Shown here piece after piece: positions 23,263 to 35,718 of a stretch of DNA of 50,632 nucleotides (its first letter is position 1; each line of letters opens with the position of its first letter). Both the position numbers and the translations under genes were made by a program. The DNA comes from Escherichia coli (lineage in GTDB: Bacteria; Pseudomonadota; Gammaproteobacteria; Enterobacterales; Enterobacteriaceae): NCBI RefSeq assembly GCF_003334315.1, contig NZ_QOWR01000031.1. One strand, 5' to 3'. The notes under the pieces were generated by a model. It was not told the DNA's origin, searched no databases, and worked only from the letters and a program-made list of their open reading frames with translations.

Positions 23263-23709
23263 TTATTCAAAACGACGACGTGCATTGGCTTCACGCGCAG
23301 CTTGCGCTGTTTCTACCGATACCACGCGACGACCAACCGGCCATAGTGCAATAGCGGCAATTTTAAAGTTCGCAATGCCGACAGGAATGCCAATGATTGA
23401 AATACATTGTGCGATGCCCGTTGCAATGTGCATCAGGCATAACCACCAGCCAAAGAAAATCAGCCAGAAAATATTCAATACCGTACCGCCAGTATTCAGC
23501 AGCACATTTTTGCCAGCCGGGTTCAGTTCATCGACATGAATAGCTTCATTGCCATAAGGCACCAGAGACAGTTTAGTGATCTCCCAGCAGGATCGTGTCA
23601 GCGGTAAGGTAAAAATCAGCACAATACTGACCAGAGTCGCCAACAGCCAGCCCAGAGTGGTGGCAAATCCGCCAAGCACAAAGTTCAGAATGTTCAAAAC
23701 GGTACGCAT
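23263..23709 (-). CDS. yccF: Inner membrane protein YccF
   Basis: 148-aa hydrophobic ORF immediately upstream of yccS on the same strand. Confidence 0.85.
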   Translation of the reverse strand: MRTVLNILNFVLGGFATTLGWLLATLVSIVLIFTLPLTRSCWEITKLSLVPYGNEAIHVDELNPAGKNVLLNTGGTVLNIFWLIFFGWWLCLMHIATGIAQCISIIGIPVGIANFKIAAIALWPVGRRVVSVETAQAAREANARRRFE

Positions 23710-23831
23710 AAAACCTCGCTTTACTGTGGTTTTCAGTAATGGGCGGCAATTGTAACGTTTTTTTGGGCTGGAGCACGTTTTCTCTGACGGTTACACTGAT
23801 AAGAAATAATTTCGTGTGGATCTACAGAGTC

Positions 23832-25886
23832 ATGGAACTGAAAGCGACAACGCTTGGAAAACGTCTGGCACAGCACCCTTACGATCGGGCGGTGATCCTC
23901 AATGCCGGGATTAAAGTCTCCGGCGATCGCCACGAATACCTTATTCCTTTCAATCAATTACTGGCGATTCACTGTAAGCGCGGTCTGGTATGGGGCGAGC
24001 TGGAATTTGTACTGCCGGACGAAAAAGTGGTGCGTCTGCACGGCACCGAATGGGGCGAGACGCAGCGTTTTTACCATCATCTTGATGCTCACTGGCGGCG
24101 GTGGAGTGACGAGATGAGCGAAATTGCGTCTGGTGTTTTACGCCAGCAACTGGATTTGATTGCCACGCGCACTGGGGAAAATAAATGGCTGACGCGTGAG
24201 CAAACCTCTGGCGTGCAGCAACAAATCCGCCAGGCTTTGTCGGCGTTGCCGTTGCCGGTTAACCGACTGGAAGAATTCGATAACTGCCGTGAGGCGTGGC
24301 GTAAATGTCAGGCCTGGTTGAAAGATATTGAAAGCGCTCGGTTGCAGCATAACCAGGCGTATACCGAAGCCATGCTTACCGAGTATGCGGATTTTTTCCG
24401 CCAGGTCGAGTCTTCACCGCTGAATCCGGCGCAGGCCCGGGCAGTCGTTAATGGCGAGCATTCTCTGTTAGTGCTGGCAGGTGCAGGAAGCGGAAAAACG
24501 TCGGTGCTGGTGGCCCGTGCAGGCTGGTTGCTGGCGCGTGGTGAAGCGTCCCCTGAGCAAATTTTATTGCTGGCGTTTGGTCGCAAAGCCGCTGAAGAGA
24601 TGGACGAGCGGATTCGCGAACGGCTACATACCGAAGACATTACCGCACGCACGTTTCATGCGCTGGCGCTGCATATTATTCAGCAGGGCAGCAAAAAAGT
24701 TCCGATAGTCAGCAAACTGGAAAATGATACCGCTGCCCGTCATGAACTCTTTATTGCTGAGTGGCGCAAGCAATGCAGCGAAAAGAAAGCGCAGGCGAAG
24801 GGCTGGCGGCAATGGCTGACGGAAGAAATGCAGTGGTCAGTGCCAGAAGGTAACTTCTGGGATGATGAAAAATTACAGCGTCGCCTTGCCTCTCGCCTCG
24901 ATCGCTGGGTAAGTCTGATGCGGATGCACGGTGGTGCACAGGCAGAAATGATTGCCAGTGCACCCGAAGAGATTCGCGATCTGTTCAGTAAACGTATCAA
25001 GTTGATGGCCCCGTTATTAAAAGCCTGGAAAGGTGCGCTGAAGGCAGAAAACGCTGTCGATTTTTCGGGCCTTATTCATCAGGCGATTGTGATTCTGGAG
25101 AAAGGTCGCTTTATCAGCCCGTGGAAGCATATTCTGGTTGATGAATTTCAGGATATCTCGCCGCAGCGGGCAGCGTTGTTAGCGGCATTACGCAAGCAAA
25201 ACAGTCAGACGACGTTGTTCGCTGTTGGTGATGACTGGCAGGCGATTTACCGATTCAGCGGTGCGCAAATGTCGCTCACCACCGCTTTCCATGAAAACTT
25301 TGGTGAAGGCGAACGCTGTGATTTAGACACGACTTACCGTTTTAACAGTCGTATCGGTGAGGTGGCAAACCGGTTTATTCAGCAGAACCCAGGCCAGCTG
25401 AAAAAGCCGCTAAACAGCTTAACCAATGGAGACAAAAAAGCCGTCACGTTATTGGATGAGAGTCAACTTGACGCTTTGCTGGATAAGCTCTCTGGTTATG
25501 CCAAACCGGAAGAGCGCATTCTGATCCTGGCGCGTTACCATCACATGAGGCCTGCCAGCCTGGAAAAAGCGGCAACACGCTGGCCGAAGTTGCAAATCGA
25601 CTTTATGACCATTCATGCCAGCAAAGGGCAACAGGCGGATTACGTCATCATCGTTGGCTTGCAGGAGGGAAGTGATGGTTTTCCGGCTGCGGCGCGGGAG
25701 TCGATTATGGAAGAGGCGCTACTGCCACCGGTTGAGGATTTCCCGGACGCTGAAGAACGGCGGTTAATGTACGTGGCGCTGACCCGGGCACGCCATCGGG
25801 TATGGGCACTGTTTAACAAAGAGAATCCCTCTCCCTTTGTGGAAATACTGAAAAATCTGGATGTGCCGGTGGCGAGAAAACCGTAA
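23832..25886 (+). CDS. helD: DNA helicase IV
   Basis: Track ORF trimmed to the ATG at 23832 (MELKATTLGKRLAQHPYDRAVILNAGIKVSG...); UvrD-like Walker A GAGSGKTS; 684 aa. Confidence 0.93.
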   Translation: MELKATTLGKRLAQHPYDRAVILNAGIKVSGDRHEYLIPFNQLLAIHCKRGLVWGELEFVLPDEKVVRLHGTEWGETQRFYHHLDAHWRRWSDEMSEIASGVLRQQLDLIATRTGENKWLTREQTSGVQQQIRQALSALPLPVNRLEEFDNCREAWRKCQAWLKDIESARLQHNQAYTEAMLTEYADFFRQVESSPLNPAQARAVVNGEHSLLVLAGAGSGKTSVLVARAGWLLARGEASPEQILLLAFGRKAAEEMDERIRERLHTEDITARTFHALALHIIQQGSKKVPIVSKLENDTAARHELFIAEWRKQCSEKKAQAKGWRQWLTEEMQWSVPEGNFWDDEKLQRRLASRLDRWVSLMRMHGGAQAEMIASAPEEIRDLFSKRIKLMAPLLKAWKGALKAENAVDFSGLIHQAIVILEKGRFISPWKHILVDEFQDISPQRAALLAALRKQNSQTTLFAVGDDWQAIYRFSGAQMSLTTAFHENFGEGERCDLDTTYRFNSRIGEVANRFIQQNPGQLKKPLNSLTNGDKKAVTLLDESQLDALLDKLSGYAKPEERILILARYHHMRPASLEKAATRWPKLQIDFMTIHASKGQQADYVIIVGLQEGSDGFPAAARESIMEEALLPPVEDFPDAEERRLMYVALTRARHRVWALFNKENPSPFVEILKNLDVPVARKP

Positions 25887-25888
25887 GA

Positions 25889-25912
25889 AACAGGTGGCGT
25901 TTGCCACCTGTG
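25889..25912. terminator. Hairpin / putative terminator between convergent helD and mgsA
   Basis: Perfect inverted repeat ACAGGTGGC-GTTT-GCCACCTGT; flanking U-runs are weak. Confidence 0.5.
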
Positions 25913-25917
25913 CAATA

Positions 25918-26376
25918 TTACTTCAGACGGTCCGCGAGATAACGCTGATAATCGGGGATCAGAATATCGACCGCGTCGTTGAAATGCGGCGACTGGATTA
26001 TGAAGTCTGCCGTTGCCACGTTGGTGGCGACCGGAATGTTCCATACCGTCGCCAGACGCAGCAAGGCTTTCACGTCAGGATCGTGCGGCACGGCATTTAG
26101 TGGATCCCAGAAGAAAATCAATACATCAATTTTCCCTTCTGAGATCAATGCGCCAACCTGCTGGTCACCCCCCATTGGGCCACTCAACATCGCGTTGACG
26201 TTCATGCCGGTCGCGCGGGAAATTAAGTTACCGGTAGTGCCTGTTGCATACAGTACGTGTTGTTCCAGTAACGGTTGATGCCGTTCCACCCAGCTCATCA
26301 GCATTTGTTTGCAGTGATCGTGTGCCACCAGCGCAATATGTTTCCGCGCAGGTAAAGTGCGAGTCGTCAGTTCCAT
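25918..26376 (-). CDS. mgsA: Methylglyoxal synthase
   Basis: Translation [37 protein letters not shown]...; 152 aa. Confidence 0.95.
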
Positions 26377-26471
26377 AATGTACATCCGTAGTTAACTTTC
26401 CTACAGATTACTGTAAGCACTTATCGCTGCAAGATAAAGACCGAAAAAGCCTGCGCACAGGCACAAAAATC

Positions 26472-27134
26472 TCAGGAAGATGGTTGTTTTTCCGCCCACT
26501 GCAGGAAAGTATTTCGCGTTTGTGGGTCAGCCAGTTTAAACCAATACTTCAGCCGTTGTTCTGTGAGCACCTGAGACTGCGGTGGAATAGCATCCAGCTC
26601 GGAAACACCCGAAAGCAGCGTACTGTCATCTGCCATCATCGTGGCAAATTGCGGTAGTGAAGCGCGTTTCGCGGATTTGTTATAGCGTTCAACCTCGACC
26701 TCATAATCAATCGTTTTTGCCGTTGAGGTAATGGCGAGAATATCCAGCTTTACCGGAATCGGCGTCGCATCGCCATCCAACAATTCAAGGCGCGGCGCGG
26801 CATCAAAATGGTTAGCTTCCCGCTCATTCTCCAGGCGAGGCAGGCGAAAATTGACCTGGTTGATGAGCTGGGTATTAAAACTGACCACCAGCGGTGGGGA
26901 GATATACAGCCGTTCTTCACTATTGGAAAGATGAATCGTCTTCTCAACGCGAAACACTAACTGATGCGGTCCATTATCCAGTTCAATGCTGTCCGCACCG
27001 CGCAGCAGAGAGCTGGAAACCTTCTTGCCGTCGAGTACCAGAAGATCGACATCGGTTGAAAGCCGCAGCGTGGTGGCAAAAACGGATACCGGCAAACATA
27101 ATGCAATCAAGGTGGTCACGATGCCGGTTTTCAT
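26472..27134 (-). CDS. yccT: UPF0319 periplasmic protein YccT
   Basis: 220 aa with N-terminal signal peptide ([20 protein letters not shown]). Confidence 0.85.
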
Positions 27135-27306
27135 AGGTAGCTCCTGTCAAAAGACCGCCCGAATAATAATGTGTCAAAATTTTTCTTTAATCATACTTAC
27201 TAACATATAGACATATTTCCCGCTTTTGCTCTCATTCATTCGTATTAGCTGCATGGTTGGCATGTCGGCTTTGTCGTACACTTTGTTAAACAGTCTGGAG
27301 GAAATA

Positions 27307-27720
27307 ATGAAAGAAACCGATATTGCAGGCATTTTAACGTCCACTCACACCATTGCGCTGGTGGGGGCAAGCGACAAACCCGATCGTCCCAGCTATCGCG
27401 TGATGAAATATCTACTCGACCAGGGGTATCACGTCATTCCGGTTTCGCCAAAAGTTGCCGGCAAAACGCTGCTGGGCCAGAAGGGGTATGGCACGCTGGC
27501 AGACGTTCCGGAAAAAGTCGATATGGTCGATGTTTTCCGTAATTCAGAAGCGGCGTGGGGCGTGGCACAGGAAGCTATTGCCATTGGCGCGAAAACCCTC
27601 TGGATGCAACTGGGGGTGATTAATGAGCAAGCGGCAGTACTGGCACGGGATGCCGGGTTAAATGTGGTGATGGATCGCTGCCCGGCTATTGAGATCCCTC
27701 GCCTGGGCCTGGCCAAATAA
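27307..27720 (+). CDS. yccU: CoA-binding domain protein YccU
   Basis: Track ORF trimmed to the ATG at 27307 ([30 protein letters not shown]...); 137 aa. Confidence 0.88.
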   Translation: MKETDIAGILTSTHTIALVGASDKPDRPSYRVMKYLLDQGYHVIPVSPKVAGKTLLGQKGYGTLADVPEKVDMVDVFRNSEAAWGVAQEAIAIGAKTLWMQLGVINEQAAVLARDAGLNVVMDRCPAIEIPRLGLAK

Positions 27721-27723
27721 AAA

Positions 27724-27756
27724 ATCCCCGGAAGGCAAAAACCTTCCGGGGATTTG
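27724..27756. terminator. Bidirectional terminator between convergent yccU and hspQ
   Basis: Hairpin TCCCCGGAAGG-CAAAAA-CCTTCCGGGGA flanked by A-run and T-rich sequence. Confidence 0.75.
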
Positions 27757-27764
27757 TTCAGGGA

Positions 27765-28139
<375 letters not shown>

Positions 28140-29330
28140 TTACATGACGCGACAGGCAAACCCTTTCAGATATAGCCCTTCCGGATAGGTAGCGATCACC
28201 GGATGATCGGCTGCCTGACGGAACTGCTCTATAAATTGTACATCACGACCGGCATCAATTGCGGCATCCGCGATGATTTTCTGAAATAAATCGCTGGTCA
28301 TCAGACCGGAACAGGAGAAAGTCAGGAGAATACCGCCTTCATTCAGCAGCTGAATCGCCAGCATGTTGATGTCTTTATAACCACGACACGCGCCCATCAA
28401 CTGGCTTTTATTCTCAACAAACTTCGGCGGGTCCATCACGATAACGTCAAATTTTTCACCGCGATCGCGATAAGTACGCAGCAATTTAAAGACATCATCA
28501 CGGACAAACTCAGCCTTGCTCAGATCCAGTTTGTTCAGCTCAACGTTCTGCCGTGCAATATCCAGCGCTTCCTGGGAGGTATCAACGCTGACAACCTGGC
28601 TGCAACCGCCCATCAGTGCCGATACGGCGAAACCACCGGTATAGGAGAAACAGTTCAGCACACGTTTATTTTCAACGTAGCGGCGGGTAGCCAGGCGGCT
28701 ATCACGCTGGTCCAGGTAGTAGCCCGTTTTGTGTCCGTGCTGAATATCCACCAGCAGTTTCATTCCGTGTTCTTCAATCGGCAGCAGGGCAGGTGGCAAC
28801 TCGCCGGTGACGGGGCCCTGGGTCAGCTCCATTCCTTCTTTTTTACGTACCGCGACGTCGCTGCGATCGTAAATCGAACATTCCGGGTACAGCGTTTGCA
28901 GGGCACTAATTAATGCCGCGCGCTGATATTCTGCCCCAGCACTCAGCAGTTGCAGCACCAGAAAATTACCGAAACGATCGATAGTAATACCCGGCAGGCC
29001 ATCAGATTCTCCGGCGATTAAACGATAGCTGTCGAGGCCATCTTTTTGCGCCAGCCAGTCACGCCATTTTTGTGCTTGTTGCAAACGGCGGGAAAAAAAA
29101 GCAATGTCGATAGACTCAGACGGGTCAAACGTCCAGACGCGCGCCCGGATTTGCGAAGCTGGCGAATAAGCGCCGCGTGCTAACCATTTTCCCTGATGAT
29201 CAACAATATCGATGGTTTCACCGAGGCTGGCTTTACCTTCCATGCGGGCAACGGCCCCGGAAAAGACCCACGGATGGCGACGAAGTAATGATTTTTCGCG
29301 CCCTTTGGCTAACACTAAACGTACACTCAT
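28140..29330 (-). CDS. rlmI: 23S rRNA m5C1962 methyltransferase RlmI
   Basis: 396-aa [30 protein letters not shown]... with PUA-like N-terminus and SAM-MTase core. Confidence 0.92.
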
Positions 29331-29424
29331 AATTTACTTTTCTGTCGATGCAAAGAAATGGGCGTCATTGTCCGGAGTTTTCCATGGATTTGCAACGCGT
29401 CCATTAAGGATAAGGAGAGCAGCA

Positions 29425-29703
29425 ATGTCGAAAGTCTGCATAATTGCCTGGGTTTACGGGCGAGTTCAGGGCGTAGGATTTCGCTACACCACACAGTACG
29501 AAGCGAAAAGACTGGGTTTAACCGGGTACGCCAAAAATCTTGACGATGGCAGCGTGGAAGTGGTTGCTTGCGGTGAAGAAGGGCAGGTGGAAAAATTAAT
29601 GCAGTGGTTAAAGAGTGGCGGCCCGCGTTCTGCGCGTGTAGAACGGGTGCTCAGCGAGCCGCATCATCCCTCGGGGGAATTAACCGATTTTCGTATCCGT
29701 TAA
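29425..29703 (+). CDS. yccX: Acylphosphatase
   Basis: ATG at 29425; 92 aa with acylphosphatase signature [11 protein letters not shown]. The track ORF 29212..29703 is a long upstream extension. Confidence 0.9.
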
Positions 29704-30029
29704 ATACATTTTACCGGTTTTGGCAGGCCAGCAATTTTGGTGGCTTGCTTAGCCGGACCTTTCGGAAACAGTCGGTATAAATAGCGGCTGTTACCTTTTT
29801 CTTCGCCAAATTTATTCGCCATCGCTTTTACCAGCATACGAATCGCCGGAGAAGTATTGAATTCCAGATAGAAATCACGCACAAAACGCACCACTTCCCA
29901 GTGTTCCGGTGACAGCGAAATCCCTTCGTTCTCTGCAATCACCACAGCCAGCGGCTCACTCCACTGGCTGCTTTCTTTGAGATAGCCTTCGGTATCCGTT
30001 TCTATCTCTTTACCTTCGAAGATCAGCAT
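29700..30029 (-). CDS. tusE: Sulfurtransferase TusE (DsrC-like)
   Basis: Track ORF trimmed to the ATG at 30029 ([23 protein letters not shown]...); conserved C-terminal Cys (…PVKCI); 109 aa. Confidence 0.9.
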
Positions 30030-30119
30030 AATTATTACTACCTTAATCAGACTGGCGGCAGTGTAACAAAAAACAAAGCCCCGCATAAAGCGAGGCTATG
30101 AAAGTGTTAGCGGGTGAGA

Positions 30120-30779
30120 TTAATCGCGGCTAGCGAAGCCCAGAATGCTCAGCAGGCTGACGAAGATGTTGTACAGCGAAACATACAGGCTAACCGTGGC
30201 ACGAATATAGTTCGTCTCACCGCCATGAATGATGTTGCTGGTTTCAAACAAGATAGCGCCAGAGGAGATCAGAATGAAGACCGCGCTGATCGCCAGATGC
30301 AGAGCAGGCAGCTGCAGGAAGATATTCGCAACCATACCAATCAGCACCACCACAATACCCGCCATCAGCATACCGCCGAGGAACGACATATCTTTGCGGG
30401 TGGTCAGCACATATGCAGAGCAGCAGAAGAACACTAACGCCGTTCCGCCCAGTGCCATAGCGATTACGTCACCCATTCCGGCAGACAGATAGGTGTTCAG
30501 AATAGGTCCGAGGATATAACCCAGAAAACCGGTAAAGGCGAATGCGGAGATAATCCCGGTCGGCTTATTCGCCGTTTTATAGGTCAGGAACATCAAACCA
30601 TACATACCCACCAGCGTCAGAATCAGACCCGGAGATGGCAGCATCAGCACCGTACTGGCAGTTGCGGTAATCGCCGAAAAGGCCAGCGTCAGGCTCAGAA
30701 GAAAATAGGTATTACGCAGCACCTTATGGGTGCTAAGCAGTGATGTACGGTCATGTGAAGAACTAACAATACGATCCAT
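30120..30779 (-). CDS. yccA: BAX-inhibitor family inner membrane protein YccA (FtsH modulator)
   Basis: 219 aa, 7 predicted TM helices; sequence matches YccA as recalled. Confidence 0.92.
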   Translation of the reverse strand: MDRIVSSSHDRTSLLSTHKVLRNTYFLLSLTLAFSAITATASTVLMLPSPGLILTLVGMYGLMFLTYKTANKPTGIISAFAFTGFLGYILGPILNTYLSAGMGDVIAMALGGTALVFFCCSAYVLTTRKDMSFLGGMLMAGIVVVLIGMVANIFLQLPALHLAISAVFILISSGAILFETSNIIHGGETNYIRATVSLYVSLYNIFVSLLSILGFASRD

Positions 30780-30942
30780 TGAGTCACTCTCTATGACAGA
30801 TGTAATTAATTAAGCAGCATAATGATAATGCGTAAGGGCACCCAGAAGTTTTACCCATCTTTACGCATTTGATCTGGAACAGGTTTAACAGCGGATTATC
30901 AGGTCATTAAGCAAATATAACGCCCTGAGAATTTCGACAGGC

Positions 30943-30977
30943 AAAAGAAAAAGGGGTTAGCATTTAGCTAACCCCTT
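30943..30977 (-). terminator. Rho-independent terminator of serT
   Basis: On the minus strand: hairpin AGGGGTTAGC-TAAAT-GCTAACCCCT followed by TTTTCTTTT, directly after the tRNA 3' end. Confidence 0.8.
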
Positions 30978-30985
30978 ATCTTATT

Positions 30986-31073
30986 TGGCGGAAGCGCAGA
31001 GATTCGAACTCTGGAACCCTTTCGGGTCGCCGGTTTTCAAGACCGGTGCCTTCAACCGCTCGGCCACACTTCC
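30986..31073 (-). tRNA. serT: tRNA-Ser (anticodon UGA)
   Basis: Minus strand reads GGAAGTGTGGCCGAGCGGTTGAAGGCACCGGTCTTGAAAACCGGCGACCCGAAAGGGTTCCAGAGTTCGAATCTCTGCGCTTCCGCCA: 88 nt with long variable arm, TGA anticodon, T-loop GGTTCGAATCC-type and encoded CCA. Confidence 0.95.
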
Positions 31074-31499
31074 GGAATGACGCGCACTATAAACATCCCG
31101 ATGCGGCGTGTAAACCCCTAATTTGTTTGTTTGCCTGAAAAACAGCCAAAAGTGCATTGATAGCGTGAAATAACAGCAGATTGATCATTTCATCACCATG
31201 AATTCCTTCTCTTTTACTCGTTTAGCAACCGGCTAAACATCCCCACCGCCCGGCCAAAAGAAAAATAGGTCCATTTTTATCGCTAAAAGATAAATCCACA
31301 CAGTTTGTATTGTTTTGTGCAAAAGTTTCACTACGCTTTATTAACAATACTTTCTGGCGACGTGCGCCAGTGCAGAAGGATGAGCTTTCGTTTTCAGCAT
31401 CTCACGTGAAGCGATGGTTTGCCTTGCTACAGGGACGTCGCTTGCCGACCATAAGCGCCCGGTGTCCTGCCGGTGTCGCAAGGAGGAGAGACGTGCGAT

Positions 31500-32618
31500 A
31501 TGAATAACGAGGAAACATTTTACCAGGCCATGCGGCGTCAGGGCGTTACCCGGCGCAGCTTTCTCAAATATTGTAGTCTGGCTGCCACGTCGCTGGGATT
31601 AGGCGCGGGAATGGCACCAAAGATTGCCTGGGCGCTGGAGAACAAACCGCGCATTCCGGTGGTATGGATCCACGGTCTGGAATGCACCTGCTGTACCGAA
31701 TCTTTTATCCGCTCCGCTCACCCACTGGCGAAGGACGTCATCCTTTCCCTGATTTCCCTCGATTACGACGATACTTTGATGGCTGCCGCCGGAACCCAGG
31801 CGGAAGAAGTCTTTGAAGACATCATCACGCAATACAATGGCAAATATATCCTCGCAGTAGAAGGTAATCCGCCGCTGGGCGAGCAGGGGATGTTCTGTAT
31901 CAGCAGCGGTCGACCGTTTATTGAGAAACTCAAACGTGCCGCTGCCGGAGCCAGCGCGATTATCGCCTGGGGAACCTGCGCGTCCTGGGGCTGCGTGCAG
32001 GCCGCGCGACCCAATCCGACGCAGGCAACGCCTATCGACAAAGTCATCACCGACAAACCCATTATCAAAGTACCTGGCTGCCCGCCGATCCCGGATGTGA
32101 TGAGCGCCATCATTACTTACATGGTGACCTTTGATCGCTTGCCAGATGTCGACAGAATGGGCCGTCCGCTGATGTTCTATGGTCAGCGAATCCACGATAA
32201 ATGCTATCGCCGCGCCCACTTCGACGCCGGAGAGTTCGTCCAGAGTTGGGATGATGACGCTGCCCGCAAAGGTTACTGCCTGTACAAAATGGGCTGCAAA
32301 GGGCCTACCACCTATAACGCCTGTTCCTCCACACGCTGGAATGATGGCGTTTCTTTCCCAATCCAGTCTGGTCACGGCTGCCTGGGCTGTGCGGAAAATG
32401 GTTTCTGGGATCGCGGTTCGTTCTACAGCCGCGTGGTCGATATTCCGCAAATGGGTACTCATTCCACCGCCGATACCGTCGGTTTAACCGCGCTTGGCGT
32501 GGTGGCTGCGGCTGTTGGTGTGCACGCAGTCGCCAGCGCCGTTGACCAGCGCAGACGTCATAACCAGCAACCTACAGAAACCGAACATCAGCCAGGCAAT
32601 GAGGATAAACAGGCATGA
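31500..32618 (+). CDS. hyaA: Hydrogenase-1 small subunit (NiFe)
   Basis: ATG at 31500 ([37 protein letters not shown]...): twin-arginine (Tat) signal RRSFLK; Fe-S cysteine ligands; 372 aa. Confidence 0.95.
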   Translation: MNNEETFYQAMRRQGVTRRSFLKYCSLAATSLGLGAGMAPKIAWALENKPRIPVVWIHGLECTCCTESFIRSAHPLAKDVILSLISLDYDDTLMAAAGTQAEEVFEDIITQYNGKYILAVEGNPPLGEQGMFCISSGRPFIEKLKRAAAGASAIIAWGTCASWGCVQAARPNPTQATPIDKVITDKPIIKVPGCPPIPDVMSAIITYMVTFDRLPDVDRMGRPLMFYGQRIHDKCYRRAHFDAGEFVQSWDDDAARKGYCLYKMGCKGPTTYNACSSTRWNDGVSFPIQSGHGCLGCAENGFWDRGSFYSRVVDIPQMGTHSTADTVGLTALGVVAAAVGVHAVASAVDQRRRHNQQPTETEHQPGNEDKQA

Positions 32619-34408
32619 GCACTCAGTACGAAACTCAGGGATACACCATCAATAATGCCGGACGCCGCCTGGTGGTCGACCCGATTACGCGCATCGAAGG
32701 CCACATGCGCTGCGAAGTGAATATTAACGATCAGAATGTGATCACCAATGCCGTCTCCTGCGGCACCATGTTTCGCGGGCTGGAGATCATCCTACAAGGG
32801 CGCGACCCGCGCGATGCGTGGGCGTTCGTTGAACGTATCTGCGGCGTCTGTACTGGCGTACACGCCCTGGCTTCGGTTTACGCCATCGAAGATGCTATCG
32901 GTATTAAAGTGCCGGACAACGCCAATATCATCCGCAACATTATGCTGGCAACGCTCTGGTGCCACGATCATCTGGTGCACTTCTATCAGCTTGCCGGGAT
33001 GGACTGGATCGATGTGTTAGATGCGCTGAAAGCCGACCCGCGGAAAACCTCCGAACTGGCGCAAAGTCTCTCCTCTTGGCCGAAATCATCCCCTGGCTAT
33101 TTCTTCGACGTACAAAACCGCCTGAAAAAATTTGTTGAAGGCGGGCAGTTGGGGATCTTCCGCAATGGCTACTGGGGGCACCCGCAGTACAAACTGCCGC
33201 CAGAAGCTAACCTGATGGGCTTTGCCCACTATCTCGAAGCTCTCGATTTCCAGCGTGAAATTGTCAAAATCCACGCGGTCTTTGGCGGTAAAAACCCGCA
33301 TCCAAACTGGATTGTCGGCGGGATGCCTTGCGCCATCAACATTGACGAAAGCGGCGCGGTCGGGGCAGTCAATATGGAACGCCTGAACCTGGTGCAGTCA
33401 ATTATCACCCGCACGGCGGACTTCATTAACAACGTGATGATCCCCGACGCCTTAGCCATCGGTCAGTTCAACAAACCGTGGAGCGAAATCGGCACTGGTC
33501 TTTCTGATAAATGCGTTCTCAGCTACGGCGCATTCCCGGATATTGCCAACGACTTTGGCGAGAAAAGTCTGCTGATGCCTGGCGGCGCGGTGATTAACGG
33601 CGACTTCAACAATGTGCTGCCAGTGGATTTGGTTGATCCGCAGCAGGTGCAGGAGTTTGTCGACCACGCCTGGTATCGATATCCCAACGATCAGGTCGGG
33701 CGTCATCCGTTCGATGGCATCACCGACCCGTGGTACAACCCCGGCGATGTCAAAGGCAGCGATACCAACATTCAGCAGCTGAATGAACAGGAACGCTACT
33801 CGTGGATCAAAGCGCCACGCTGGCGCGGTAACGCGATGGAAGTGGGGCCGCTGGCGCGCACGTTAATCGCTTATCACAAAGGCGATGCTGCGACCGTTGA
33901 GTCGGTCGATCGCATGATGTCGGCGTTGAACCTGCCGCTTTCCGGTATCCAGTCAACGTTAGGCCGCATTTTGTGCCGCGCGCACGAAGCGCAGTGGGCC
34001 GCAGGTAAGTTGCAGTATTTCTTCGACAAGCTGATGACCAACCTGAAAAACGGCAATCTCGCCACTGCTTCCACGGAAAAATGGGAACCTGCAACCTGGC
34101 CGACAGAGTGCCGTGGTGTCGGTTTTACCGAAGCGCCGCGCGGGGCGTTAGGCCACTGGGCCGCCATTCGCGATGGCAAGATTGATCTCTACCAGTGCGT
34201 GGTGCCGACCACCTGGAACGCCAGCCCGCGCGATCCCAAAGGGCAGATTGGCGCTTATGAAGCGGCGCTGATGAACACCAAAATGGCGATCCCCGAGCAA
34301 CCGCTGGAGATCCTGCGTACTCTGCACAGCTTTGACCCGTGCCTCGCCTGTTCAACACACGTGCTGGGCGACGACGGTAGCGAGCTGATCTCCGTGCAGG
34401 TGCGTTAA
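32615..34408 (+). CDS. hyaB: Hydrogenase-1 large subunit (NiFe)
   Basis: 597 aa; N-terminal [10 protein letters not shown] and C-terminal DPCLACSTH Ni-Fe ligand motifs; ATGA overlap with hyaA. Confidence 0.96.
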   Translation: MSTQYETQGYTINNAGRRLVVDPITRIEGHMRCEVNINDQNVITNAVSCGTMFRGLEIILQGRDPRDAWAFVERICGVCTGVHALASVYAIEDAIGIKVPDNANIIRNIMLATLWCHDHLVHFYQLAGMDWIDVLDALKADPRKTSELAQSLSSWPKSSPGYFFDVQNRLKKFVEGGQLGIFRNGYWGHPQYKLPPEANLMGFAHYLEALDFQREIVKIHAVFGGKNPHPNWIVGGMPCAINIDESGAVGAVNMERLNLVQSIITRTADFINNVMIPDALAIGQFNKPWSEIGTGLSDKCVLSYGAFPDIANDFGEKSLLMPGGAVINGDFNNVLPVDLVDPQQVQEFVDHAWYRYPNDQVGRHPFDGITDPWYNPGDVKGSDTNIQQLNEQERYSWIKAPRWRGNAMEVGPLARTLIAYHKGDAATVESVDRMMSALNLPLSGIQSTLGRILCRAHEAQWAAGKLQYFFDKLMTNLKNGNLATASTEKWEPATWPTECRGVGFTEAPRGALGHWAAIRDGKIDLYQCVVPTTWNASPRDPKGQIGAYEAALMNTKMAIPEQPLEILRTLHSFDPCLACSTHVLGDDGSELISVQVR

Positions 34409-34426
34409 CAGCGAAGGAGAATCATC

Positions 34427-35134
34427 ATGCAACAGAAAAGCGACAACGTTGTCAGCCACTATGTCTTTGAAGCGCCAGTGCGCATCTGGCACTGGTTGAC
34501 GGTGTTATGCATGGCGGTGTTGATGGTCACCGGATACTTTATCGGCAAGCCGCTACCTTCCGTCAGCGGCGAGGCGACGTATCTGTTCTATATGGGCTAC
34601 ATCAGGTTAATTCACTTCAGCGCCGGGATGGTTTTTACCGTGGTTTTGCTGATGCGGATCTACTGGGCTTTTGTTGGCAATCGATACTCCCGCGAGCTGT
34701 TTATCGTGCCGGTATGGCGTAAAAGCTGGTGGCAGGGCGTGTGGTATGAAATCCGCTGGTATCTGTTTCTGGCAAAACGTCCGAGTGCCGATATAGGCCA
34801 TAATCCCATCGCCCAGGCGGCGATGTTCGGCTATTTCCTGATGTCGGTCTTTATGATCATCACTGGTTTTGCGCTGTACAGCGAACACAGCCAGTACGCT
34901 ATTTTTGCGCCGTTCCGTTATGTGGTGGAATTTTTCTACTGGACGGGTGGCAACTCAATGGACATTCACAGCTGGCATCGGCTGGGGATGTGGCTGATTG
35001 GCGCGTTTGTGATCGGTCATGTCTACATGGCGCTGCGTGAAGACATCATGTCCGACGACACGGTGATCTCCACCATGGTCAACGGCTACCGTAGCCACAA
35101 ATTTGGCAAAATAAGTAACAAGGAGCGTTCATGA
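34427..35134 (+). CDS. hyaC: Hydrogenase-1 cytochrome b subunit
   Basis: 235-aa hydrophobic ORF following hyaB. Confidence 0.93.
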
Positions 35135-35718
35135 GCGAGCAACGCGTGGTGGTCATGGGGCTGGGCAACCTGCTGTGGGCCGATGAAGGCTTCGGCGTGC
35201 GGGTGGCGGAACGGCTGTATGCCCATTACCACTGGCCCGAGTATGTGGAGATTGTCGATGGCGGTACTCAGGGACTGAACTTGCTGGGGTATGTCGAAAG
35301 CGCCAGCCATCTGTTGATTCTCGATGCCATTGACTACGGGCTGGAACCTGGAACGCTGCGAACCTATGCCGGAGAACGCATTCCGGCTTATCTCAGCGCG
35401 AAGAAAATGAGCCTGCATCAGAACAGTTTCTCCGAAGTGTTGGCGCTGGCGGATATCCGCGGACATCTGCCAGCACATATTGCCCTCGTCGGTCTGCAAC
35501 CCGCAATGCTCGACGACTACGGCGGTAGCCTGAGCGAACTGGCACGGGAGCAACTGCCCGCTGCGGAACAGGCGGCGCTGGCGCAGCTTGCTGCGTGGGG
35601 AATTGTGCCGCAACCGGCTAATGAATCGCGCTGTCTCAATTATGACTGTCTGTCGATGGAAAATTACGAAGGCGTTCGCTTGCGCCAGTACCGGATGACA
35701 CAGGAGGAGCAGGGATGA
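35131..35718 (+). CDS. hyaD: Hydrogenase-1 maturation endopeptidase
   Basis: 195 aa, 4-nt overlap with hyaC; HybD/HyaD family by sequence and position. Confidence 0.92.
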
